A stretch of DNA of 63,433 bases, counting the filler, from Sphacelaria rigidula (Eukaryota), in NCBI GenBank assembly GCA_964200075.2. It is 11 parts of 11 records of this genome, joined end to end, with 100 filler letters (N's around TTAATTAATTAA, not from the genome) between each part and the next. Parts side by side here need not be neighbours in the genome. Positions count along the whole stretch, not along the records: positions 11,553 to 17,228 come from CAXNAA020025340.1; positions 17,329 to 23,004 come from CAXNAA020025341.1; positions 23,105 to 28,780 come from CAXNAA020025342.1; 8 more parts are not named here. The stretch is one strand, 5' to 3'. The notes below the pieces were generated by a model that was given only the letters and a program-made list of their open reading frames with translations, was not told the DNA's origin and searched no databases. The translations under genes were made by a program, and so were the position numbers. Positions within the stretch are counted from its first letter, which is position 1; every line of letters starts with the position of its first letter. Below, in pieces: positions 11,892 to 24,488 of this stretch.

Positions 11892-13420
11892 CTTCGGCTG
11901 TTCCAGTCAAGGCTCCCCTCCGGCGCGTTCAAGAACCCGCCCTTCTTAGGGTGCGATCCACTCAGCCCATCGCACAGGATATTCCATGTCAAAACCTTGA
12001 ACCTCGTCGCCGTGCGTTCTTCCAACCCACCCACGGCGTCAGCAACCGCGGCATTGGTAAAACCAGTGCATTCGACTCCGGGGTTCGCAGTCGCTTCGCT
12101 CCCGCCACCGGCGTCGTTGGGCAGAATCCACTTCCGAGGAAGTAACGGAGGCCATTTCAGGCCTTGCACGGCAGCGCGAACTTCGTCTTCGAGGCTCTGG
12201 CGCGCCATATCTTGTTTTCCCTTGTCAACAGGAGTCAGTTTTTCGAGGGGGGCGGGTGGTGTCCCAGGGTTCCGTGTTGCGGGTAGGGGTAGGCAGGGAT
12301 GCGAGGGATGTGAACGTGTGAGTAGGGGGCGATCGGGTATGCTTGCTTGAGATGAGGATGTGAGGAAGGAGTGCTGCGCTTGTCGAGTCCCACAAAAAAA
12401 CATTCAGAAGGACGAATTGGTTGTGGAAAATTGGACGGTGAACAAAAGATATGGAGGCGTACTCGTAGGAAAGCACGAAAACACACAAATGCGCACACCC
12501 GAACTGCGCGAAATTTCCCGGGGAAGATATTTGAATGCCACAATGGTGGTACGACCAAAATCCAAGGAGGCATTCGTTAGCGGTGGGCGGTCGTTTACTT
12601 GTGGGATTTGCTCTACGGATCTGCGGTAACTCGAAGGAAATACCATCGGCAGTGCTCTGCCTGTTTCCTGATCTTCTACCCTCATTCTTTGTCCATGTGA
12701 TGGGAGGCTCGTCTTGGGCACCAACTGATGCGCGAGGTGTGTGATCTTGGCAGGCAGAACAGCAACGTGAACAAACTGATCTGTCCTCTAGAGTAAGTAT
12801 TACGGATACACAAGAAATCACACAACGGACCTGGTCATGTACTTCTGCCAGGACGAACATCCCACCCACACAGCTATGCGTCAGTCTCTAAACTTTTGGG
12901 AGCCGACACGCGAGACTGATCTATTTCTCGACACGATTGACCACCAGATGTCGACGGAGGTAACATAGAGAGCCAGTGCATCGTGAAGTATTAGTCATAC
13001 TGTAGGCTGACCAACATGTTCTGAACCGTACTGGTCGACCGTGTACCTAACTGCCTGGATCTACCGTCGGTGGATTTCAGAGTCCCACGCATTTGCTGTC
13101 AGGATGCATGATGCCAACAAGAAGGTACGGAACCTCACCCCTTCCACACGATAACGTACCGCATTTCCCGCGTTCATTATAGTGGCGCAGAAGCCTCTTC
13201 GGCCATATAGCCGCCGCCGCCGCCGCCGCCGCTGCTGGTGGTGGTCTTGCGCGGCGTAATATGCCGAAGATGAGAACCCTCTGCGTAAACCCCCAGCTGA
13301 TGCTGTGCAAGCGACTGTCGGTGATGAGTGAAGCGCCGAAGATAGCGCGTAGGCTTGGACCATAAAATAGTTGGCGACGTATGACACTAAGCTATATCCA
13401 CGACGGTGCAGCGATGGCAT
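11892..13420 (-). CDS. Nocturnin/CCR4-like endonuclease/exonuclease/phosphatase (EEP) family protein, 5' part
   Basis: Exon about 12345-11892 encodes WPPLLPRKWI...RFKVLTWNILCDGLSGSHPKKGGFLNAPEGSLDWNSR, the N-terminal EEP motif V-x-x-WNIL plus L-x-W-x-x-R, and ends at a GT donor. Probable upstream exons lie at about 13420-13139 and about 12745-12644, but their frames are not resolved. The 3' exons are off-scaffold. Confidence 0.75.
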
Positions 13421-13960
13421 TTGTCGTCTGTACGAGGCTGCGCAGTTTTATTGTATTGGTGGGTCGCAATCACTGTGAATAACACCCCCCGCCCGCCCCC
13501 GTTTCCACCATTTTGATGCAGTTTTCATTATGATTTTTCTCCAGATTTACGACCCCTTCACCATAAAACGTTCGCGGCTATCAATAGATCTCGATAAAAT
13601 AGAGCAAAAATCGACGGCATGTGGGTGTTCGTTGTGAAAAAACTCGAGCCACCGAAAAATCGACGAGGGTTTTATTCACGGTCAACCTGTCTCTTGACGT
13701 GTATGAATTATCAGATACCGAGGTACGGGTCTGAAAAACAAGCGAATATGGAAAATCGTTCGTGTTCTTGGGACGCGAAAGAGGGAGTGTACCAGGCATG
13801 CCGTGTGAAGTATACAAGGACTTCCGTTGATATGACTTGACGTACAGACAGTGGGAAGTTCCTTCTGTGAGGCACGGTCTGGCATCGTGATTGAATCACC
13901 AATAACTTGCTCTTTGTCCCCTATTTCTTCAGCTGCTGGTGCTGCTGTCGTTGCTGCATT

Positions 13961-16829
13961 ATGCGTCGCCCTCGACTGTCGGTGTCTGCTCCTTGGTTGC
14001 TGCTTAGCGCGCCGCAGGTGAACCGAGTACTCACCTCCCAACTTTCAAAATAGTGTAGACTGCTCGTGCATTGAGGTGCTGTGATATCAGCTATTGTTGG
14101 ACAGCGCATGGAAGCGCTGCTTGAAGTTGTCGATCGTTATGGTGGCAATGCTGTATCTGCACAGTTGTTGTCATGTAGGAGATCGCATCAGGCACTCTTT
14201 ATCCAACTCCCCTCCTATCTTATCTCCACCGTTGCACCGTACTCGTCCCTCACCTCCCGACACGACTCTCTCTCCTTCTCATCCCTCAGGCCAGCTTGTG
14301 CTTTGCGTTCGTGGCACGACCTACCGGCAGTCTCAACCGGTGCTTGTGGTCGGCACATGGCAGCTGCAGCTGGCCGCGATGCTGCGCCCGACCGACGTCT
14401 TTACTGCGACCACAACCGAGCTCATTGCATCGACGGTTCCACCCTGCGCTATCCATTAGACAACCAACCCCGCGAGGTCTAGCCACGGCGCCGGCAGGGG
14501 GTTTCGATGCTTCGCTGCGAGGTACCAAGGCTAATTCGGACGCCGGCGCGGGTGAAAATCAATTCAATCTTGAAGCGGAGATAAAGCGTCTGATGTCGGT
14601 GCCCACGATCGACATCAAGCTGGAGCTTCAGATGCGGGGTGTGGAACACCGTGACGCCTTCGAAAAAATCGATCTTGCCAAGCGGCTTGCTGAAGCCCGA
14701 CTCCGTTCTCCTTCGGCAACCGGCGGCAAACGCGGAAACGTTTTTCCTAGCGAGGTTCCCCGCCACGTGGGAGAAGCAACGGGATGGGCGCAAGGGGAGG
14801 GTGAGGCGGAGACCAGGACGGCATCGGCCGACGATGGGTCCAGTAACCCTTCCTCGTCGGGACGACCTCGAGGGTGGTCAGCAACTCCCAAGTCTGCTTC
14901 GTCGTCGTCGCGGACGGCTGCTCGAGAGAACCAGCAAGAGGAGGAGAACGCGGAGAAGCAGGTAGGAGAAGAGAGTGAGGGCGAATATCACGCGCGCTGT
15001 GTTTCGCGAGCGGTGCGCATGGGTAAGCCGGCCATCGTGCGCGAACTAAACGCGATGGGTATCGCACACTCCCGCCTGTCGGACGTGAACGTCCTGGCGC
15101 GCCAATACGCCAGCGCGAAGGTGGAGGCGCGCGGCGAGGCGCAGGCCCGAGAGCCCGATCTATTCGTCGCCGACGGGGGTCTTGTGCAACGGCTCGAGGC
15201 CGCTAGATTAAGGTCTCTAGGTAGGGATGAGCTCACCGCCCGCCTTCGCGCGTTGAAGGTGGATTTTTCGACACGGGACTCCGAAATCGACTTGGCGTTG
15301 CTTCTCCAGAAGGCCGGCGGCGGCGACGGTGTAGCGGTGGTGACGGCAGGTGCGTCGAAGGTTTCGGAGGAGGAGGGAGAGAAGGGAAGTCGGGACGGTG
15401 ATAACGATGAGAGATGGAGCGGAGGGAGCAAGCGTGGCTGGGGGTGGGAACGATGGGCCTGGGGGAAACAGCGACAACGCGGAGGCGGAGTATCGTCGGT
15501 GTTACCTTGGCACGACGGGCGACGAGAGGGCGATGATGACGATGAGGACGATGAGGATGACGATAGTCAGGGACAAGAAGAGGGGGCGCTTGAAGGACAG
15601 GCCGAGCAGAGCCAAAAGTTGAGCGAATACAGGAATCGAGGGCGGCGTGTTGATGGCAGGGCCGGAGCTGAGAAACAGCAGTCCGCGCGCGTGCGCGACA
15701 CGGCAGCAAACTACGTCTATTGTGCTGATGAGGCATCCGGGCAAGACTTGACGCCTCAGACGGCTAAGACCCAGACAATCGGCGGCGTCAGTGGTGGCGG
15801 CAGCGGCGGCGGCATGAGGGTTCCCCTGCAAGCCCGGGCTGGCCGAATGAGCTCGCGAGAACTCATGAACTCGTTAGACAGCTTGGGAATAGCATACCCC
15901 ATCCCGTCGGCGCGGTCAGAACTAGAGGAGGCGTTTGTTTCCGCCGTGTTGGCTGGGCAGGAGGACAACAGGAAGGAGTTGAGCAGAGTTGGGGGGCGAG
16001 TTGGGGAAAACGACGTGATGCGCCTGCACCCGTTTTCTTATCCCAGAGACGATGGAGACGAGGATGGCGGCGGCGATGAGAAGTACAGACCTGCTTTGTT
16101 CGAAACATATCATGGAGCGCTCCGATGGGCGCGGCGGTTGACCTTTGACGATGTTCTTGAGGAGTTGCGCTTCCGCGGTGTGAAGTTTGAGCCCAACGGC
16201 GAGTTTAGCGACCTTACGCGATTGTTGGCGGACCAGGTTCTTGCGGAGGAGGAATTGATGGAGGCAGAGAGCCGGAAAGGTGAAATGATGAACAACTAGT
16301 CATACCGCAGCTGATGTTCATTTTGTTTCGTGTTTTTTTCCCTCGTGGTGGTGACGGTGTGTATGTGTATGTGTGTGTGTTTGTTTTGATTGCTCAAGGT
16401 GAGGGAGTATTGATGTTGCTGCCCCCTATTGGTCGTCCTACCATTGACAGTCATTTTGTTTGTCGATTTTTTTGTATCAAAGTGAGAGCGATAGTTCTTG
16501 CTCTCGTCTCGCCCGTGATCACTGCGTTCAACGTACAAAAAAATCCTGAAAAATGTTGTCGAGGTGGTACGAGGCGGAATACCGCTCCGCGGACGAGTGG
16601 GATCAAACACCATACACCCTCATCCTTGGTGCTTTTGCAATCGCTCCCAATCAACCACCCCTGTTGCGGAGAGCCAAAGGTACCCAAACCGTCGTCTCCC
16701 ACCATGTTACACTTACGCTTTGAGGCAGGCTATGCCGAAGCACTGGAAGCTGCGATGCGTCTCAGCGCTGATGACGTCTGTGGCCAACTGCGGGAGGGAG
16801 GGGTGGAGTTCGACCCCGCTATGAGTAAG
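13961..16829 (+). CDS. Putative plastid-targeted protein with at least 6 SAP/HeH-like helical repeats (3' partial)
   Basis: Exons 13961-14017, 14290-16279 and 16729-16829 are phase-compatible. The N-terminus MRRPRLSVSAPWLLLSAPQ|ASLCFAFVARP resembles a signal peptide plus an ASAFAP-like site. The second exon is a ~2-kb GC-rich open frame. The motif (L/M)-x4-(I/L/V)-x3-L-x3-G(V/I)-x8-9-L recurs. Confidence 0.8.
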
Positions 16830-17228
16830 GTAAGCATATGCAGAGAGGGTGTATGTTGCACGCCGAGGAAGGCCCTGTGTGTCGAAGTGTGTCACGACGT
16901 ATTCTATACCATGTGCTATCACGCTGTAGAGCACAGTTGTACGATTTTTTTCAAGTGTTTGCAGCTTTCCGCATACGGCAGATTTATTTTGCAGCCGTAG
17001 ATACGGAGCGGTCGCTGCTAGTGGTCGGAACCATCGGAAACACAAGTCAGAGAGAAAACAATGGGTTTCTATTCTACAGGAACGAAGTAAGTCATATTCG
17101 GCCTTCGGAAAAACCCCAATGTACAGATGAACGCAAAGGTAGCCCTCTCCCCCCCCCCCACACAAACGCCCCGCCCCGGAAGGGATCCGTGGGCCATGGC
17201 GCAACGACTGCCGCACGCCACCAATACG

Positions 17229-17328
17229 NNNNNNNNNNNNNNNNNNNNNNNNNNNNNNNNNNNNNNNNNNNNTTAATTAATTAANNNNNNNNNNNNNNNN
17301 NNNNNNNNNNNNNNNNNNNNNNNNNNNN
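17229..17328. other. Artificial scaffold spacer
   Basis: N44-TTAATTAATTAA-N44. Confidence 0.97.
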
Positions 17329-17569
17329 GGGGTCCGCCCCTACAAAGCCGGGACGGAGCACGCCGGGTTCTCGCCGGACCAGGCTGAATGATTGGGGGGG
17401 GGGGGGGAATGTTTCGCTGAGTTTATTACACGATAGTCGACGCGATGTGGGAGTAGATACTGATCCAATCCACGTTGCGACATCAGAATGTAAGGTGTGT
17501 CCTGCACCGGGAAAGTGATGGCTTGATCACTGAGTCATGCTACGATTTGGGGGGGGGGGTGTACTAATA

Positions 17570-17825
17570 TGTGTGTGTGTTGTCGTCCCTTCTATTCTGG
17601 ACGCCAGTCTATACCTTTCGGTATAAGTGGGCGCATCACCGGGGTCACACAGGAGGAAGGTCAACACTGGAGCTTTTTCCTTTTAATTTGTTTTTAATAC
17701 CCCACCTTCCTTCTGCGGGGGTTGCCTTTATTTTTTATCGCGAGAGGGATTCAGCAGTCCCTTTCCCTCGTCAACAGTTAAGTCGAATTTTGTGTACCCA
17801 CGACATAGTCGCTCTTGTGATGGTA
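17570..17825 (-). mobile_element. tRNA-derived SINE, family A (5'-truncated)
   Basis: Reverse complement of the body and tail of 25721-26087. Confidence 0.8.
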
Positions 17826-20727
17826 AACGACTGTGTCTGAATTAAAACTAGTTGTTTGGGATTTGCGGAGATGCCCAGAAACGCGGGCGGGTATGAAAAG
17901 ATTCTAGGTGAATGTGTACTTTGTAAAGTAGATATGTGCGTTTTGTATCCTTGATTTAGGAACCTGTAGACTGGTCCGCGCATTACGGCCGGGCAATTAC
18001 GCACGTTAATCCGAGCACTTTGATTGGCCATAGTACGGCACGTCAGGCTGATTTTGTAGTTGGATTGCTTGTATCCGATTGGCTGTATGGGGCACGCACC
18101 CACCCAAGGCCGGCGCCGTCATGAGGGTATTATGACAAACTGTAACCGAGGCAGGAGGCATTGGGAAAAAACGAACCATAGCTGCTCCCCACCTCCAGCC
18201 ACTCACGTTTCACCTGCCAGAGAAAGGCCTACCGTAGAACTAATTATAAGAAGGACCATCAGCTTTTCATCTGTTCTGCGCGACGTCTCCCCTTCTGCCG
18301 GCAAGCTGTGACGAGCTATAACACGAGGAAGTCACAAGTAACATAACCCCTTGATGTCTAGTGTTGTTTCCTTCTCAGAAAGAGCTCAGTGCTTACTTTC
18401 AATGATAGCTGTCTGCTGTGGACGAGTGCCGTGTGTGCGAGAGCAACCTACAGTTCGAGTGTAACAAGTCAATCCAGGACCGCTAGCAGACACCTCACAA
18501 GGGTGTGGCTTGCTTGCGTTCGGCGTATACGGTTCTACTGCTTGCGGTATTGCCGGTAGTACCACACATGGGGCTTCAGAGGTAGCTTGTTTCATTCAAG
18601 CTGTACGGCTTTTCTTTCTCGATCGGCCGCTGCTTACACACAGCCAAACACCAGCTCACGGTTTTCTCTCGAAAACCTTGTATTTTCGGCCCTCGTTTTC
18701 ACTTGATATCTGTGTACATGATTTAGCGGTGTAATACACCAAGGTAATTAGAAAGCTTCTTAGACAGCTGTTCTCTCTTTTACTCGGAGTTTAACAGACA
18801 TCCCGACTCGAGTTAGCTGCAGGTTTTTGATGTGCCATACAGTACCCACGTTGGTTTCAGGCAGTGGCAACCGAACCATGAAGCGCTCAAGGTACGAGCG
18901 CACACGTAAGCCCTCTCTTGCTGCACAAGCATATTCCCCGCACCCTGCAGGTCATATCGACGGTACAAGCCAACCCACTGTGGCGGATGCGCTCTCTCTG
19001 GTAACGTTATACATTGCACAGAGAACGCATCGCGTTTTCATGCACACTCGATCTGATGTGCTGTGTTCTTTTTCACCCACGGGCGGTTCTCGGATAATGA
19101 AGCCGCTCACACGCTCCTTGTTTAGATACGTCCCTTACGGGCCCGTAGCTTTTTCAACGCCCCCCCGACCACCTGCCCCCGCAAGCGCCCCTGCTCACAG
19201 TCCGTCGATTCTGTGTCAACCGAATCGACCGACATGTGTCCCAACACACGCCGATTCAGGCTTGCAGGTAAAGAGTTCGCGGGCTATTTCAATCGCCGCC
19301 CGCTGGGCATACGACTTTGAGCCACCATGCGCACCGAATTAAATCGATGCGAGATGATGGACTCGGACTGAAGATGTTGCTTGTACACGAGCATGATTGA
19401 CCACGGTGAGGCGCGAGGCTCATCTTACTTGTACACAAGCTCTCGACTCTGTACTTTTTCCCTTCCACACGGCACCAGGGTACACTACAGTTTGATTGCC
19501 GCCCCACCAACACACACTAGAGTACATACTAGATCGTCCAGAAGGCCACGTACCTTTCCCGTTGAAACATTGTTCCGAATTGATGTACTGACAACAGTAC
19601 AGCACCGTTTGAATTACAAATGGTCTCGGCGGGCAATATGTTGCGGACGGTGAGGTGCCGTGCTGTAGCATACGTTGGTACTGTGCACTATCTAAACGAA
19701 GTCATCTATATTGTATTGTAGATATGAACACGACGCGGGTATAACGTTGTGTCGGGTTTTCTTAATGTCATACGAACAAATTGACATCGTACTGCACTGT
19801 CGACCACCCCCCCTGCGCCACGCGAAGATCATATGTACTGTACTATGCCACACAGCATTTTGCTGTCAGGTGCTTCGTACGCTGCTGTTGTACTACACTA
19901 CACATTTGTATTACGGTTGCGCTCGTGCATTTATTGACTGTTTACCTGCACGATGATACGTCATCGACCCCCGACTCGAGTATTTACGGCGAACTACGCG
20001 GTACTGTAATAAGTATCGCCAGCTGCGCTGATATCGCCTCTGGAAATACGACACGGCATCCGACAGTTGTGTTGTTGGTTTTTATCTCAACCTCAACATG
20101 TTCTCAAGACAGAACTGAGCGGTTTGACGTTGCGGTTCGCTGCGTCTCCCACGTATATCCCTTCATGGTATGCAGATTTGTCCAATGCGTTGTTGCGCTG
20201 ATGACAGTCACTGTACGTCTGTTGATTGTGACAACTTTCGTTTTCTTCGTCTCTTTGCTGCTACACTTGTCCACCAACACACACATACGGTTGTTGTGTG
20301 CCTTCGACAGATATACTTTTTTCCCTTTCGTCTGTGCCTGATTGAAAAGGTGGTAGACCTCATGCATGTGCGGAGTGCGCGGAACTACATGTCGATCGAC
20401 TGTCGACAGTACCCTGCCACTTTATTCCTTAATTTTGTTCAAGCCGCCTATAGACCTCTGTCACTCAAGATCAGATTGCCATTTGGACTCCTCCCATCAC
20501 GGGCACATGGACTTCAGCAGCTTTAGTTATTTATGTATTAAGCCTCAGCATAGTACAGGAGAACAGGACCATATAGCCTCTTTCCACCAGAGTGGCAAAA
20601 CCAAGCCTACTCGCCATGAATGTCACCATCACAGAGTCCGGCAATCAGACCCGCAACTCCACCTACAATGTCCCTGACCTTAGGTAACAATGGTGGCTAG
20701 GTCTACACACCTCAGTCCTCAACAACG

Positions 20728-23004
20728 ATGCTCAATTCCACTTCGAAACGTTCACTTTTCAACCTCCGCATCTCTACGTTACCGGTTTGGCGCAATGGCG
20801 CAGGTGTACAAGCAATGTCTGATATCAACCGTCCTTCAACTTCATCGGAGCACGATGTCACGAAGAACGGTGCGATCCCTACAGACACTGGTGAACAACC
20901 GTACAAGTCAATCCAAACCATGCGTAGTGAGACGGTTGACAACAACAAACCGGACTGTTTCGACGATGATAGCGTTCTTGCAGGACGTATTTTCAGAGAT
21001 GTGGCTGAAGATTTCGATGAGGACCGTAGTTCTCCCCATGCCCCCCCCCCCTCCCTCAGTGAACATACCACTACACACCAAGCAGCCGCCCAAAACGCTG
21101 ACGGTGTTCCCACTTTTCATTCTCAGATTACATCTCTTCACGTGAGCCCTAATGCTACGAAAACCTTTCCTGGCGATAACCTCCGCAATCAAACCGGTGC
21201 TGAATCCTCTGATCGCCCCACTCTGGCTTTTGACCCGTCGCCCACATTGGAACAATACCTGTCCACGAATGACGAAACACACGACTGGCTTCGGCAAAAG
21301 CGTCCAGCCTTCATTCCACCGCGCCATTGGTAGAACTTTTCAGAGGCTGAACAAACAGCATGCCGGGATCAGATTCGCAGTAACGATCTAGCACACTACA
21401 TGGCACTCGAGCACAGAGAGTTGGAATTTGCCCGCCTACAGGTATCTACAAGGGTCCAGGAGCCCGCTCAGGCCTCCCATAATGTAGATGTCCACCCCGA
21501 CAAAAAGCCAACAGAACAGAACGAACTAGAACGCGCGATACGCACATCCACAAAGGCTTTGGAATTGCGGAGCAAGAATATAAGCTGCTGACAAACAGAC
21601 ACTTCGAAGCTTCGCATTATGTTGGACTATGTTGGCAAGTCTGGCAATCACAACTGCGTTCGTACGGTCGCCTGCTCCGCCCCCAAGGCGACAACTGATT
21701 CACCGCCTGACCCACCTGACCTGGCACACTTTCAACCACATGCACCGGCCCACTCACAAAACGGTAGACGTTTACACATGAGTGGACGTAGTGCCGCGGC
21801 TGAACCCCGCCAGGGCGGTACCCACACAGCCCTGATGCTCACCTCACAACTTGACAACCTTTTGGGAACGTTCTGCAAGTTGCGGAGATCCCAAATAGCA
21901 TACAGTGGGGTAACCCAGGACGCGTTGCTTAGCCCAAAAGCTAAGCCCCGCCACCTGCCTACCTAATTATTTTTCTACTTCTGTAGGTCATTTCTCATTT
22001 AGTTGGTACAATCCCACAATTAGAAATATACAATAACCGGTCATTCCTTGCAGAAGTACCCAACACTTTTATGTCAACAATTGTTTTCGCTCGGCCAGAT
22101 CACGCACATCGTACGCACGAATCAACAGTGGCCACCGCGGGTTCAACCATGTGGTGTGGGTTCCCTGGATATGCTGACACTGCCTTGAAGGGTTCCAAGA
22201 TAGTCGAAGCCCGTGCACCGTTGCGTGGCTATCAATTGAGCAACGACCAAACCCAACGTTTTAACCCTGGATTTGATCACCCAGTTTTACATTTATCAGG
22301 TACTAATCATACTCAATCGAATCCCCTCCCTTCAAAGGAGAGGAAGTCATGTAGTGCAGTTTCTTTCGCATCAGGAGCCGAAATATCTTCTGGAACGATA
22401 GACACTGCTGCCCCGACCGTTCATCGGAGAACACAAAATTCGAAGCCTCACACTCTAGCACCCCTCAACTGCTCAAGTGCCCGGCTAACCACCCTTACGA
22501 GTTCCGCAAAAACTACGGTACCCGGTTCCCTTTTCATGGGGGTTATTATTCCTTGAAGGGTCGCAACCGCAAAGAACCCATGCTTTCCGTCGCTCAGCGG
22601 GTTGGAATGGAACCCCAAGTCACAGCGACTCAGGTGGTGCGCCAAGAGCGTGACCTAGGTTCGACTGTCCAAGAACCCATTTCAATAGCTCCTGGTGCCG
22701 CCGATCCTTTCGTGCGCTACACGCGTCACCAGAGACGGGCTCCTCCAGATGATAATGTACATAACCCTGATGTAGCAAGCGCACGTGAACTCCAAGGAAG
22801 AGATTGCGTGTGGGCTCAGACAGATGAAAACCTTAGAGTGGAACAGGCCGGTACTCCCCAGATTTCGAACAGATCGCTACTGCTCCCTGACCACCCCGCG
22901 TGCACTACGTTAGAATCCATTTCCGATGAAGCGTTGCCGTCTGTAGGGACAGATACTTCGCAGACTCATGGACGTTCGCATCCTAGTCATGAAGACACCT
23001 CAAT
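20728..23004 (+). pseudogene. Decayed long intronless ORF, probably transposon-derived
   Basis: ORFs 20728-21333, 21400-21591 and 21619-21966 share one frame, broken only by single stops. Further ORF fragments at 22071-22556 and 22553-23004 lie in shifted frames. No diagnostic domain was recognised. Confidence 0.45.
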
Positions 23005-23104
23005 NNNNNNNNNNNNNNNNNNNNNNNNNNNNNNNNNNNNNNNNNNNNTTAATTAATTAANNNNNNNNNNNNNNNNNNNNNNNNNNNNNNNNNNNNNNNN
23101 NNNN
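23005..23104. other. Artificial scaffold spacer
   Basis: N44-TTAATTAATTAA-N44. Confidence 0.97.
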
Positions 23105-24488
23105 TGGTGGTTTGAGTGCAAGCCTGGTCCCGCGAAAACCGGGCGTGCTCCGTTCCGGCTTTGTGGGGATGCGAGGTCAATAGTTTTATAACTATGGCGT
23201 GCATGATCATGAGTACACCCCCATCCCCCCCAAAAAAAAAATCGAGGCCCGAACCTGTAACGAAGAAAATGGTCATAGTGGTCATAGTACAGCGCATGGC
23301 AGCTGGTGTCAGACTACATGAAGGGCCTCATTTGGGCGACACTGATGAACATGATGTAAAACGTGGGAGGTCCCAGCTGCTCGTGTGCTCGGATGTTGTC
23401 GTTTGATTCACATGCTGATTTAACGTGCTCAAACCAGCGAGCTACTTCTCTGCGGGGGGTACCAATTTGTTGCTTGCCTTAGTGGTGTGAACATTGACCA
23501 CGCGTCCCTTACAAGTCGGAGCACCGTTCCTACTCCTAACAGAGACGACACCTTCAGCATGTGGACGCTATCACGGTATCGCTCAATAGTATCGTTCACT
23601 GACGGTCTGAGCGTCACAGAATGACAGATTTGCCGAGTAGTGCCCTGAACCGGGGAGTGTTTGTTACATGTTGTAGTCAACCGGTATCCGATTCCACTAA
23701 ACACGTCTGGCCCACCGGTTCATACACTGATTGATGATGCCTACTTTCCCCCTACGGTCATGGACGTATTCCCATCCGTTTTCGCGCATGTGCGACACGG
23801 TTGGTTGTTGTACTAAAATGCGGTGTGAAATGTTCACCACGAAAGAAAATTCATCTCGACTTATCGACACCAGTGTTAATCGGCTAATTCATTGACTCGC
23901 TGATTCACTGATTCACTGATTCATTGATTGTCGCACCACAACTCATCCCCGCGGGAATTAACCGTGGTCATGTTCGCTGAAAGAGAAGGAAAAGAAGTGG
24001 GAAAAACAAAAAGACACATGAAAGAAAACAAAAAAACGCCGGAGTGAAACGAGAAACACGAAAAATAGGAGACCAAAACAAACTAAAACAAAGTGTGTGT
24101 AGGTCGCAAGCATCATTTAAGAAGAAAGCATATCTTCATGGAACTACGAGTACTGCAACTTCTAAATATACTATTTTCTAAAAAAAAACATGAGAAAACG
24201 ATGCTGTGCAAGAAGTACTTTAATGAAAATGCACTCGAGTATACAAGAGTCTAATAAAGGGCGCGCCGCCGACGTCCGGGCTCATTTTTATCTTCCCTGA
24301 TTTTTGTCATTGTTTTGTTTACTTTATTTGCATCATTGTTCTTGAATTTTCACTATATTTTATGGGTATGTTTTGTATTAACAATATATGTTTTTATTTA
24401 TTTATTTACTGACTTTTCTATGTTTTATTTGTTTATTTTTAATGTTTCATGTTTCATTTTGTATTTCCTCTTCTTTTTTTCTTCCCAG

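Noticed and set aside
11670..12350. 226-aa plus-strand ORF
   Set aside because: Antisense shadow of the EEP exon plus a (TG)n microsatellite.
14479..16295. Many minus-strand ORFs
   Set aside because: GC-rich shadows of the long plus-strand exon.
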